Below are positions 7,997-15,322 of a stretch of 15,927 nt of DNA, piece by piece (the first letter of the stretch is position 1; each line of letters starts with the position of its first letter). Source of the DNA: Candidatus Eiseniibacteriota bacterium. GTDB lineage: Bacteria; Eisenbacteria; RBG-16-71-46; JABDJR01; JAWXBZ01. Under the pieces are notes generated by a model that ran no database searches, had not been told where the DNA came from, and was given only the letters and a program-made list of their open reading frames with translations. Both the position numbers and the translations under genes were made by a program. The stretch lies in the NCBI GenBank assembly GCA_034440375.1, contig JAWXBZ010000132.1, positions 1 through 15,927 on the forward strand, in the 5' to 3' direction.

Positions 7997-9765
7997 TGTC
8001 CTTCGCCCCGTTCGACGACATCCAGTCCTTCGCGGCACATCTCGAGGCCAGGGGCGACCTGCACCGGATCAAGGTCGAGGTGGATCCGATCCACGAAATT
8101 CCGGAGATTGCTTTCCGGTGTGTCAAGGAAGGACGCCCAGCGCTCCTCTTCGAACGGCCGACCGGCAGCCCTTTTCCAGTCCTGCTCAACATGCTGGCCA
8201 CCGACGCCCGGATCGAAGCGGCGCTGGGGCGCCCCCCGGGCGCGTTTGGAGAGATGCTCGGCCGCATGGCCCACCGCCTCATGCCGCCGAAGCCGGCCAA
8301 TGTCTGGGGCGAACGGTCCACGCTGCTTCGCGCGCTGAACATGCGCCGGGCCATGGTGCGCCGGGGTCCGGTCACCGAGGTCACCGGTCCGCCGGACCTC
8401 GATCAGTTACCAATTCTCAAGCTGTGGCCACAGGACGGCGGCCGATTCATCACCTTTCCGCTGGTCCTGACCCGTGATCCCGTGACCGGCGTGGGGAACA
8501 TGGGGGTGTACCGGATGCATGTTTACGATCGGGCCTCCACGGGGATGCACTGGCAGATCCAGAAAGGTGGCGGCTTTCACTACCATCGGGCCGAGGCCAT
8601 GGGGCAGCCCCTGCCGGTCGCGGTGGCCCTGGGCGGCGATCCGATCCTCCTCCTGTGCGCGGTGGCGCCACTGCCGGAAGGGATCGACGAACTGGCTTTC
8701 GCCGGCTTCCTGCGGGGTCGGCCGGTTCGAATGCTCACCGGCCCCGGTTCGGGTCTTCCGGTTCCGGCCGACGCCGAGTTCATCCTCGAGGGGGCGGTGG
8801 CACCGGTTGAACGACGCGTGGAAGGACCTTTCGGCGATCACTTCGGCCACTACAGTCATGCCGCGCCGTTCCCGGTCTTTCGTCTCAATTCCATCAGCCA
8901 TCGAAGGAACGCCATCTACCCGGCGGCGGTTGTCGGCAAGCCGCCGCAGGAGGACAAGTACATCGGCAACGCGCTCCAGGAGATGACGCTGCCAATCCTC
9001 CGCCTCATGCACCCCGAGGTGGTCGACGCATGGGCCTATTACGAAACCGGTTTCCACAGCCTGTTCGTCGTGTCGGTGCGTGAGCGCTACCGGAAGGAGG
9101 CCATCAAGACGGCGCTTGGCCTGCTCGGCACGGGGCAGCTCTCCCTGACCAAGGTTCTCATCACGGTGGGGCCGGAGGTCAATGTCAAGGATTTCCACGC
9201 CGTCCTCCTTGCCATTCGCGATCACTTCGATCCGGTCGAGGACTTCCTGTTGTTGCCGGGGACGCCTTTCGACACGCTTGATTTCACGTCGTTCAAGATG
9301 AACATGGGAAGCAAGATGATCCTCGATGCCGTCGACCGGCCGGACGATCGACCCAATCCGCCGCGGGAACACGAGTCGTTCAATCCGACGGCCGTGCACC
9401 ACCGCGCGGAACGATGGCGGCTGCTCGACGATACCCTCCTGGTCATCCAGGTGGAGCGGGACCCCTGGCCTGTGCTGGAAGCCTTTCAAGGTCTGCCGGA
9501 AGCGGACGCCCCGCCGCTCGTGGCCGCGGTGTCGCCCGATGTCGATCTGGACGACATGGAAAACCTGCTGTGGGGGATCTTCACCCGCTTCGAACCGGCC
9601 CGCGATATTCGGTTCGCCGGGGCCCGGATGGTCGGGGCAAAGCCGCACTTTGAAGGCCGGCTCCTGGTCGACGCCACCTGGAAAAACGGCTATCCTGACC
9701 CGGTTTTGATGGACCAGGAAGTGGTCCGTCGGGTCGACCGGCGCTGGAACGAATACTGGAAGTAA
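7996..9765 (+). CDS. UbiD-family prFMN-dependent decarboxylase of menaquinone biosynthesis (MqnL-like, long form)
   Basis: PALLFERP, LPILKLWPQDGGRFITFP, NMGVYRMHV, GMHWQIQKGG, EGPFGDHFGHY, VVGKPPQED and GSKMILDA. GTG start at 7996 with GGAGG at 7981-7985. Confidence 0.92.
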   Translation: MSFAPFDDIQSFAAHLEARGDLHRIKVEVDPIHEIPEIAFRCVKEGRPALLFERPTGSPFPVLLNMLATDARIEAALGRPPGAFGEMLGRMAHRLMPPKPANVWGERSTLLRALNMRRAMVRRGPVTEVTGPPDLDQLPILKLWPQDGGRFITFPLVLTRDPVTGVGNMGVYRMHVYDRASTGMHWQIQKGGGFHYHRAEAMGQPLPVAVALGGDPILLLCAVAPLPEGIDELAFAGFLRGRPVRMLTGPGSGLPVPADAEFILEGAVAPVERRVEGPFGDHFGHYSHAAPFPVFRLNSISHRRNAIYPAAVVGKPPQEDKYIGNALQEMTLPILRLMHPEVVDAWAYYETGFHSLFVVSVRERYRKEAIKTALGLLGTGQLSLTKVLITVGPEVNVKDFHAVLLAIRDHFDPVEDFLLLPGTPFDTLDFTSFKMNMGSKMILDAVDRPDDRPNPPREHESFNPTAVHHRAERWRLLDDTLLVIQVERDPWPVLEAFQGLPEADAPPLVAAVSPDVDLDDMENLLWGIFTRFEPARDIRFAGARMVGAKPHFEGRLLVDATWKNGYPDPVLMDQEVVRRVDRRWNEYWK

Positions 9766-9804
9766 GCCCCGACCCTGCCCCAAAAGCCAGAGAGAAGGAC
9801 GCGT

Positions 9805-10926
9805 ATGCTCGAAGCAACCGTGCGGGACCCGAAGCTGATCCCGATCTGGAAGAAAGTGGATGCCGGCGAACGACTGACCGCCAGGGACGGATTGGTTTGC
9901 CTGTCGACGCCCGACATCCTGACGCTGGGGCGAATGGCCGACCAGGTCAAGCGGTCGAAGTCCGGTCGATTCGTCTATTACGTGTTCAACCGGCAGATCA
10001 ACCCCACCAACGTTTGTGTCCTGGCGTGTCGCTTCTGTGATTTTGCCACCACGCGGCAGGCGCCCAACGCCTACGAGATGACGATGAAGGATATCCTGGC
10101 GAAGTGCCGGGGTGGCATCCGCGAGGTTCACATCGTCGGCGGCATGCATCCGGACTGGCCGTACGACCGGTACCTCGACATCATCCGGCAGATCCGGTCC
10201 AACTTTCCCGACGTCACGATCAAGGCCTATACGGCCGTCGAGATCGACTGGTTCGCCGAAATCAGCGGCAAGTCGATCGAAGAAGTCCTCTCGGATCTGG
10301 TGGCCGCCGGGCTCGACACGATTCCCGGCGGAGGGGCCGAGGTATTCAGCGAGCGGGTGCATCAGATCATGTACAAGCCGAAGATCGGCGCCGATCGCTG
10401 GCTGGCTGTGCATCGGGCCGCCCACAAGATGGGTATTCCCACCAACGCCACGCTTCTCTACGGCCACATCGAGACATTCGAGGAGCGAATCGACCATCTC
10501 CTGCTGCTCCGAAACCTGGAGGACGAGGCACCCGGCTTTCTGTCGTTCATCCCGCTGGCTTTTCAGCCGGGGCACACCGGCATTGTCGAACGGCAGACTT
10601 CGGCCATCGATGACCTTCGAATGATCGCCACCAGCCGGTTGATCCTGGACAACTTTCCCCATATCAAGGCCTACTGGGTCATGGTAGGGGAGGACACTGC
10701 GTCAATCGCGCTGAACTTCGGCGCCGACGATATTGACGGCACCATCGGCGAGGAGCGCATTGCTCACGCCGCCAACGCATCGAGCCCGCTCGGCCTAACC
10801 CGCCAGCGGTTGCTCCATCTGATCCGCGAGGCCGGCAAGGTGCCCGTGGAACGGGACGCCAAATACAATGTCATCACCATCCACGACGAGCACGCTGATC
10901 GCCCGGATCCCGTACCTCAACACTGA
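9805..10926 (+). CDS. mqnE: Aminofutalosine synthase MqnE (radical SAM)
   Basis: NRQINPTNVCVLACRFCDF (CxxxCxxC), EVHIVGG, IKAYTAVEI, PGGGAEVF, TNATLLYGHIET, FIPLAFQP, HIKAYWVM and GADDIDGTIGEERIAHAA. RBS-like GAAGGA lies upstream. Confidence 0.92.
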   Translation: MLEATVRDPKLIPIWKKVDAGERLTARDGLVCLSTPDILTLGRMADQVKRSKSGRFVYYVFNRQINPTNVCVLACRFCDFATTRQAPNAYEMTMKDILAKCRGGIREVHIVGGMHPDWPYDRYLDIIRQIRSNFPDVTIKAYTAVEIDWFAEISGKSIEEVLSDLVAAGLDTIPGGGAEVFSERVHQIMYKPKIGADRWLAVHRAAHKMGIPTNATLLYGHIETFEERIDHLLLLRNLEDEAPGFLSFIPLAFQPGHTGIVERQTSAIDDLRMIATSRLILDNFPHIKAYWVMVGEDTASIALNFGADDIDGTIGEERIAHAANASSPLGLTRQRLLHLIREAGKVPVERDAKYNVITIHDEHADRPDPVPQH

Positions 10927-11665
10927 ACCGTTCTACCGGACGTTTCAGGCCGCGGGATATGAACTTCTTGACCTGCCGCCCCGTCAGCTGGGCGAGGCGG
11001 CCGCGCGTGGCCGCGTGGTGGCGGGCCCCATGTCGCTGGTCGACTGGATTTACCTTGAAGACCGGTTCGAACCGCTCGGGCCATACGGGATCGCGGCGGC
11101 CGGCGCCGTCCGCTCGGTGCTCCTGTTCAGCCGAAGGCCGATCGAGGAACTGACCGGCGGCACCATCTCGATCACGGAGGACACTTCCACATCGGTCCGG
11201 CTGCTGGAAATTCTTTGTCGTGACTACTGGGGTATCCGCCCGGCCTCCTGGCGCCGTGGCACCGAGGAACCGACCGATGCCATGCTCCTGATCGGTGACG
11301 CGGCTCTCCGCGCCCGGGGCGAACGGGAAAAGGGCTGTTTGAATGACTATCCGGTGATGGTCGATCTCTCGGCTGCGTGGTACGAATGGCAGGAGAAGCC
11401 ATTCGTGTTCGCGCTCTGGGTCGTCCGGAAGGATCTGCCGCTCGAAGAAAAGACGGTTCTGGCCATGCGCTTCGAAGATGCCCTGTACGAGGGGCTGAAA
11501 CAGATTCCGGCCATTGCGATGGAACGCTCGGTCGACCTCGGACTTCCGGCCGCCGACCTGGAGCAGTACCTTCGCCATTTCCGCTACCGACTCGGTCCCG
11601 AGGACTGGGAAGGGCTCAATATCTTTCGGAGGTTGATCGATCGTGGCGCACACACTCGCGGATGA
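10868..11665 (+). CDS. mqnA: Chorismate dehydratase MqnA
   Basis: RIPYLNTEPFY, GAVRSVLLFS, TSTSVRLLEIL, LLIGDAAL and DLSAAWYEWQEKPFVFALWVVR. It lies between mqnE and mqnC. Confidence 0.9.
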   Translation: MSSPSTTSTLIARIPYLNTEPFYRTFQAAGYELLDLPPRQLGEAAARGRVVAGPMSLVDWIYLEDRFEPLGPYGIAAAGAVRSVLLFSRRPIEELTGGTISITEDTSTSVRLLEILCRDYWGIRPASWRRGTEEPTDAMLLIGDAALRARGEREKGCLNDYPVMVDLSAAWYEWQEKPFVFALWVVRKDLPLEEKTVLAMRFEDALYEGLKQIPAIAMERSVDLGLPAADLEQYLRHFRYRLGPEDWEGLNIFRRLIDRGAHTRG

Positions 11666-12728
11666 CCTGGGAGCCAGGGTACTGGACGGCGCCCGACTGA
11701 CGCCCGAGGAGGGACTTTTCCTTCTTCGTGACGCCGAAATGCTCGACCTGGGGAACCTGGCTCACCACATCCGGATGCGGAAGCATCCGGATGCGCAGGT
11801 CACGTTCGTCATCGACACCAATCCCAATTACACCAACGCCTGCACGACCGACTGCCAATTCTGCGCTTTTTACCGCAAGCCGGGCCACGCTGATGTCTAC
11901 GTGCACTCCGTGGCTGACATGATCACCATTGTCCGGCGCGCCGTGGACCAGGGCGCCACGACACTCCTCCTGCAGGGCGGCCACAATCCCGAGATTCCGT
12001 ATTCGTACTACCTGGAGATGGTGGAGGGGCTGCACGCCGCTTTTCCGCTCCTGGCGCTCCACCTCTGGTCGGCCTCGGAAGTCCACCAGATGGCGGATGT
12101 GGCCGGCAAGACCACCGGCCAGGTGTTGCAGGACATGTGGGATCGTGGCCAGCGCTCCATGCCGGGCGGTGGGGCGGAGGTGCTGACCGACCGGGTCAAG
12201 AAGCGGATCAGCCCCAAGAAGATCACCACGGCCGAGTGGCTTGATGTTCACCGTGAGGCACATCGAATCGGCATGAAGACCACCACGACGATGATGTACG
12301 GCCACGTCGAAACCGACGAGGACATCATCGAGCACCTGGAAGTCTGTCGCCGATTACAGGATGAGTACCAGGGGTTTACCGCCTTCGTCCCCTGGTCCTT
12401 CAAGCCATCCAACACCCTCATGATGCCCAAACAGACCGCCATCGCCGGCCCGGCCCGCTACCTCAAGATTCTCGCCGTCAGCCGCCTCTACCTGGACAAC
12501 ATCCCCCACATCCAGGCCTCCTGGTTCAGCGAAGGAAAGAAGACGGGCCAGATTGCCCTCCACTTCGGCGCGGATGATTTCGGCGGCACGCTGATCGAGG
12601 AACGCGTCCTGGCGGCAGCCGATCACCACAACCGGACCTCCACCGAGGAAGTCATGGCCATCATTCGGGAGTCGGGATTCGTGCCGGCGCAGCGGACAAC
12701 GTTGTACGAGGTGTTGAGGACGTTTTAG
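11643..12728 (+). CDS. mqnC: Cyclic dehypoxanthine futalosine synthase MqnC (radical SAM)
   Basis: VTFVIDTNPNYTNACTTDCQFCAFYR, LLQGGHNP, MPGGGAEVL, TMMYGHVET, FTAFVPWSFKP, HIQASW and GADDFGGTLIEERV. GTG start with GGAGG upstream. Confidence 0.92.
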   Translation: MAHTLADDLGARVLDGARLTPEEGLFLLRDAEMLDLGNLAHHIRMRKHPDAQVTFVIDTNPNYTNACTTDCQFCAFYRKPGHADVYVHSVADMITIVRRAVDQGATTLLLQGGHNPEIPYSYYLEMVEGLHAAFPLLALHLWSASEVHQMADVAGKTTGQVLQDMWDRGQRSMPGGGAEVLTDRVKKRISPKKITTAEWLDVHREAHRIGMKTTTTMMYGHVETDEDIIEHLEVCRRLQDEYQGFTAFVPWSFKPSNTLMMPKQTAIAGPARYLKILAVSRLYLDNIPHIQASWFSEGKKTGQIALHFGADDFGGTLIEERVLAAADHHNRTSTEEVMAIIRESGFVPAQRTTLYEVLRTF

Positions 12729-12770
12729 GACGGCCACCGATTTATCGATAGGCACATCGATGAGCGAGCC

Positions 12771-12804
12771 CGCCGGCGCCGACGTTTCCCGTCGGCGCCC
12801 GGTG
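12771..12804. terminator. GC-rich hairpin between convergent mqnC and the CRTAC1-like gene; probable bidirectional terminator
   Basis: Perfect 10-bp stem: GGCGCCGACG (12775-12784), loop tttcc, CGTCGGCGCC (12790-12799), extendable with a bulge. There is no U-tract on either strand. Confidence 0.55.
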
Positions 12805-12826
12805 ACAATCGTTCGACTTCCTGCGG

Positions 12827-15100
12827 CTACTTCACCATCACCATCCGCCGAGCGCTCGCGGGACGCGAAGCCAGACGGTAGAAATAGGTGCCGGAGGGGA
12901 GGATGTGACCGGCGTCATCGGTGCCGTCCCAGGCTATCTCGACCGCATCGATTCCGGGGGCCACCGCGAGGCGGCGGACGAGACGGCCGTCGGCGCCGAA
13001 GATCTGAATGGCCTCGCCGGCGTCGCGCTTCCCCTCGATGGGGATCATGGTGAGGGGGTTGAACGGGTTCGGCCGGTTCTGGAGCAACACCAGCGGCTTC
13101 GGCGCGCTGCTCCGGGTGGCGGACACCGGTCCGAAGCGTTCGATATCGCCATTCCGGCCGATGGCGGCCAGCTGGTACTGGTAGGCGATTCCGACGTCGG
13201 CGGTCCGGTCGATCCAGCTCATCCGGCTTTCGTCGCCACTCAGGAGGCGGTCGGAGACGGTGATCCACTCCGAGGCGTCATGGCGGCGTTCGATCTGGAA
13301 TCCGGCGTGATCGACCGCGTCGGTGAACGACCAGCTGATTTCGATGCCGTCCGTCACGGCCGAGGCTTCCAGCGAGAGGAGTCGCACCGGCACGAAACCT
13401 TCCGTGACCGACAGGCGCTGGTCGGCCGCGACGTTCTCCATGATCTCGACCAGGCCGTTGGGCCAGCGAATCGTGACCCGATCGACGAGGGTGGCGGCCC
13501 CCAGCCCGAAGAAGGCGCAGCGCTCGTGGGAGGACATGTAGGATCCGGCCCCGATTTCCTGCATCTGGATCTGGCCGGCAACCTCGATGGTGATGCGGGT
13601 GCCGATGGCGGTGCGATTCGAAATGGTTCCGTGCGGTTCGATGACCAGGTAATGGTTGTTCAGGATCGGTCCCCCGGCGCCAGGGGCGACATCCTCGCCC
13701 TCGGTGCGGATTCCGGCCGCCTTCGAGACTTCGTCAAAGGTCCGATTGCGGTTATTCAGAAAGATCAGGCGCGAGCCGGCTTCGTACGGGCAATTCTCGC
13801 TGTGATTCCAGTCGAGATTGTTCTGCACGACCATGTCGACCCAGCCATCCTTGTTCAGGTCGCCGAACGCGGCGCCGCGGGCATCGCCAAAATCCTGGAT
13901 GCCGGCATCGACGACACGGTTCACGAATCGGACCGGCGCATCCGGACCGCGATTCTCCCAGAGGGCATTTCCTTCGCACTCGACCTGGCCCCAGCCATTG
14001 GCGATCCATCCGTTGACATTAAGGATGTCGAGGTCGCCGTCGTTGTCGTAGTCGCGAAATGCGGCGCCCCAGCCGTTCAGATTCTCGGTGAGCCCCAGGT
14101 CATCGCGGTGCCAGCTGAAGGTGCCGTCACCGTCGTTTTCAAGGATCGAGTCCTGCCAGAAATTGGCCAGGAAGACGTCGAGATCCCCGTCGTTGTCGTA
14201 GTCGCCGAAATCGACGCCCATCGTGTAGCCCTTGTCCAGACCACCGGCCTCGATGGTGACGTTGGTGAACGTGGCATCGCCATTGTTACGGAACAGGGCG
14301 TCGTCACCGTCACGGATCGACTGGTCCTCGTTGATTCCGCCGTAGTCATTGGCCACGTACAGATCCATGTCGCCGTCATTGTCGTAGTCACCCGTGGCCA
14401 CCCCCAGCGTCCACTCGCTCTGGCCGCCGCACCAGCCGATGCCCTTCTCGTCGGTCTTGTCGATGAACTGCGGGGTGCCGTCGGGAAGGTTGCCGACGTT
14501 TTCGTAGAAGTGATTTTTCGCCCCGATCAGCGTTACGTCGCCGCCCTCCTTCGGAATAATCTCAATGTAGTTGCCGATGTAGACATCGAGATCCGAGTCC
14601 CGGTCATAGTCGAAGAATGCCACGCTCGAGGAGAGAACGCCGGCCTTGTACGAGGTGAAGCCGGCGGCCCGGGTGATTTCCCGAAACGTGCCGTTTCCGT
14701 TGTTGAGAAAGGCCCGATAAGGTGTCGATGGCTGATTGGGGGGGTAGGGACCGAACGTGACCAGGAAGTCCTCCCACCCGTCATTGTTCAAATCGCCGCA
14801 GCCGAAGCCCATCCCGTTGGCGTTGAACCGGATGTTCCCCATGACCTGAAAGGTGACGTCGATGAACGTCATGTTCCCCTGATTCTGGAAGATTTCCACT
14901 TTGCCGTCTCGGACGGTCATGAAAAAAAGATCAAGATCGCCGTCCCTGTCATAGTCCATGAGGGCCGAGCCGGACCCCATCAGATTCGGGCCCGGTTCGT
15001 TTGCAGCCCGGGCGGGGGGGGGCAAGGAGGCGAGAGTCAGGAGTGTGACCAGGAGAAGTGTCGGGAGTGCGGTACGGCGGAACGAAGTCGCAAGTGTCAT
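12827..15100 (-). CDS. Secreted CRTAC1/ASPIC-UnbV-family FG-GAP repeat protein with an Ig-like domain and a FlgD-Ig/T9SS-type-A-like C-terminal tail
   Basis: Signal peptide ending ...PPARA-A. Seven D-x-[DN]-x-D-[GS]-x-x-D motifs (DYDRDGDLD, DLNNDGWED, DYDRDSDLD, DYDNDGDMD, DYDNDGDLD twice, DLNKDGWVD). ASPIC/UnbV segment NRTAIGTRITI...FGLGAATLVDRVTIRWPNG. Then VPVRLLSLEA...ISW and a tail QNRPNPFNP...GRLVRRL...WDGTDDAG..LPSGTYFYRL. ATG at 15100 is preferred because GGAGGG lies 6 nt upstream. Confidence 0.88.
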   Translation of the reverse strand: MTLATSFRRTALPTLLLVTLLTLASLPPPARAANEPGPNLMGSGSALMDYDRDGDLDLFFMTVRDGKVEIFQNQGNMTFIDVTFQVMGNIRFNANGMGFGCGDLNNDGWEDFLVTFGPYPPNQPSTPYRAFLNNGNGTFREITRAAGFTSYKAGVLSSSVAFFDYDRDSDLDVYIGNYIEIIPKEGGDVTLIGAKNHFYENVGNLPDGTPQFIDKTDEKGIGWCGGQSEWTLGVATGDYDNDGDMDLYVANDYGGINEDQSIRDGDDALFRNNGDATFTNVTIEAGGLDKGYTMGVDFGDYDNDGDLDVFLANFWQDSILENDGDGTFSWHRDDLGLTENLNGWGAAFRDYDNDGDLDILNVNGWIANGWGQVECEGNALWENRGPDAPVRFVNRVVDAGIQDFGDARGAAFGDLNKDGWVDMVVQNNLDWNHSENCPYEAGSRLIFLNNRNRTFDEVSKAAGIRTEGEDVAPGAGGPILNNHYLVIEPHGTISNRTAIGTRITIEVAGQIQMQEIGAGSYMSSHERCAFFGLGAATLVDRVTIRWPNGLVEIMENVAADQRLSVTEGFVPVRLLSLEASAVTDGIEISWSFTDAVDHAGFQIERRHDASEWITVSDRLLSGDESRMSWIDRTADVGIAYQYQLAAIGRNGDIERFGPVSATRSSAPKPLVLLQNRPNPFNPLTMIPIEGKRDAGEAIQIFGADGRLVRRLAVAPGIDAVEIAWDGTDDAGHILPSGTYFYRLASRPASARRMVMVK

Positions 15101-15169
15101 TTCCAACCCTCCAGGGCGAATGCGCGGAAATGGACTGGGATCACGGGGCAGGCAGGATTCCCCGAAAAT

Positions 15170-15200
15170 GGTTCAATAAAGTTTAAACCAAGGATGTCAA
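15170..15200 (-). promoter_or_regulatory. Possible promoter/operator region of the CRTAC1-like gene
   Basis: Consensus TTGACA on the minus strand (15200-15195) within an AT-rich patch. The best -10 is weak (TATTGA at 16-bp spacing) and overlaps the imperfect palindrome GGTTcAA-N6-TTaAACC (15170-15189). Confidence 0.35.
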
Positions 15201-15216
15201 TTTTGTGTAAATGAAG

Positions 15217-15258
15217 TTTGCCTTACCCCCGCCTAAGTTGGACCGGGGGTAAGGCAAA
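15217..15258. repeat. Perfect 15-bp inverted repeat (terminator-like or REP-like hairpin)
   Basis: TTTGCCTTACCCCCG (15217-15231), a 12-nt loop, and CGGGGGTAAGGCAAA (15244-15258). Confidence 0.8.
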
Positions 15259-15289
15259 TAATGTTTTATTGTAGTAATACGATCTGAGC

Positions 15290-15322
15290 AGGGATGGCGC
15301 TGGGGATAAAGGTGCCATCCCT
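15290..15322. terminator. Hairpin at the stop codon of the right-edge gene
   Basis: AGGGATGGCGC (15290-15300) pairs with GTGCCATCCCT (15312-15322) at 10 of 11 positions and overlaps the TAG. No U-tract follows on the coding strand. Confidence 0.4.

Noticed and set aside
8407..10662. 751-aa - strand ORF
   Set aside because: Antisense to the well-supported decarboxylase and mqnE genes; long shadow ORFs are expected at high GC.
9805..12728. The two radical SAM genes as CofH/F420 or RiPP maturases
   Set aside because: Their motifs match MqnE and MqnC, they flank mqnA in a ubiA/ubiX/ubiD context, and no precursor peptide or cofG gene is visible.
12744..12761. ATCGAT-N6-ATCGAT after mqnC, considered as an operator
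   Set aside because: It lies between convergent 3' ends where there is no promoter to control, and ATCGAT occurs many times in this window.
13840..14960. Recurring DNA motif such as CGTCGTTGTCGTAGTCGC, considered as a CRISPR or tandem repeat
   Set aside because: The copies are degenerate and irregularly spaced, and they encode the DYDNDGD FG-GAP protein repeats. No cas genes are present.
12905..15214. 769-aa + strand ORF
   Set aside because: It is the antisense shadow of the CRTAC1-like gene. Its repeated VVVV stretches mirror the Asp codons of the real repeats, and it has no recognisable motifs.
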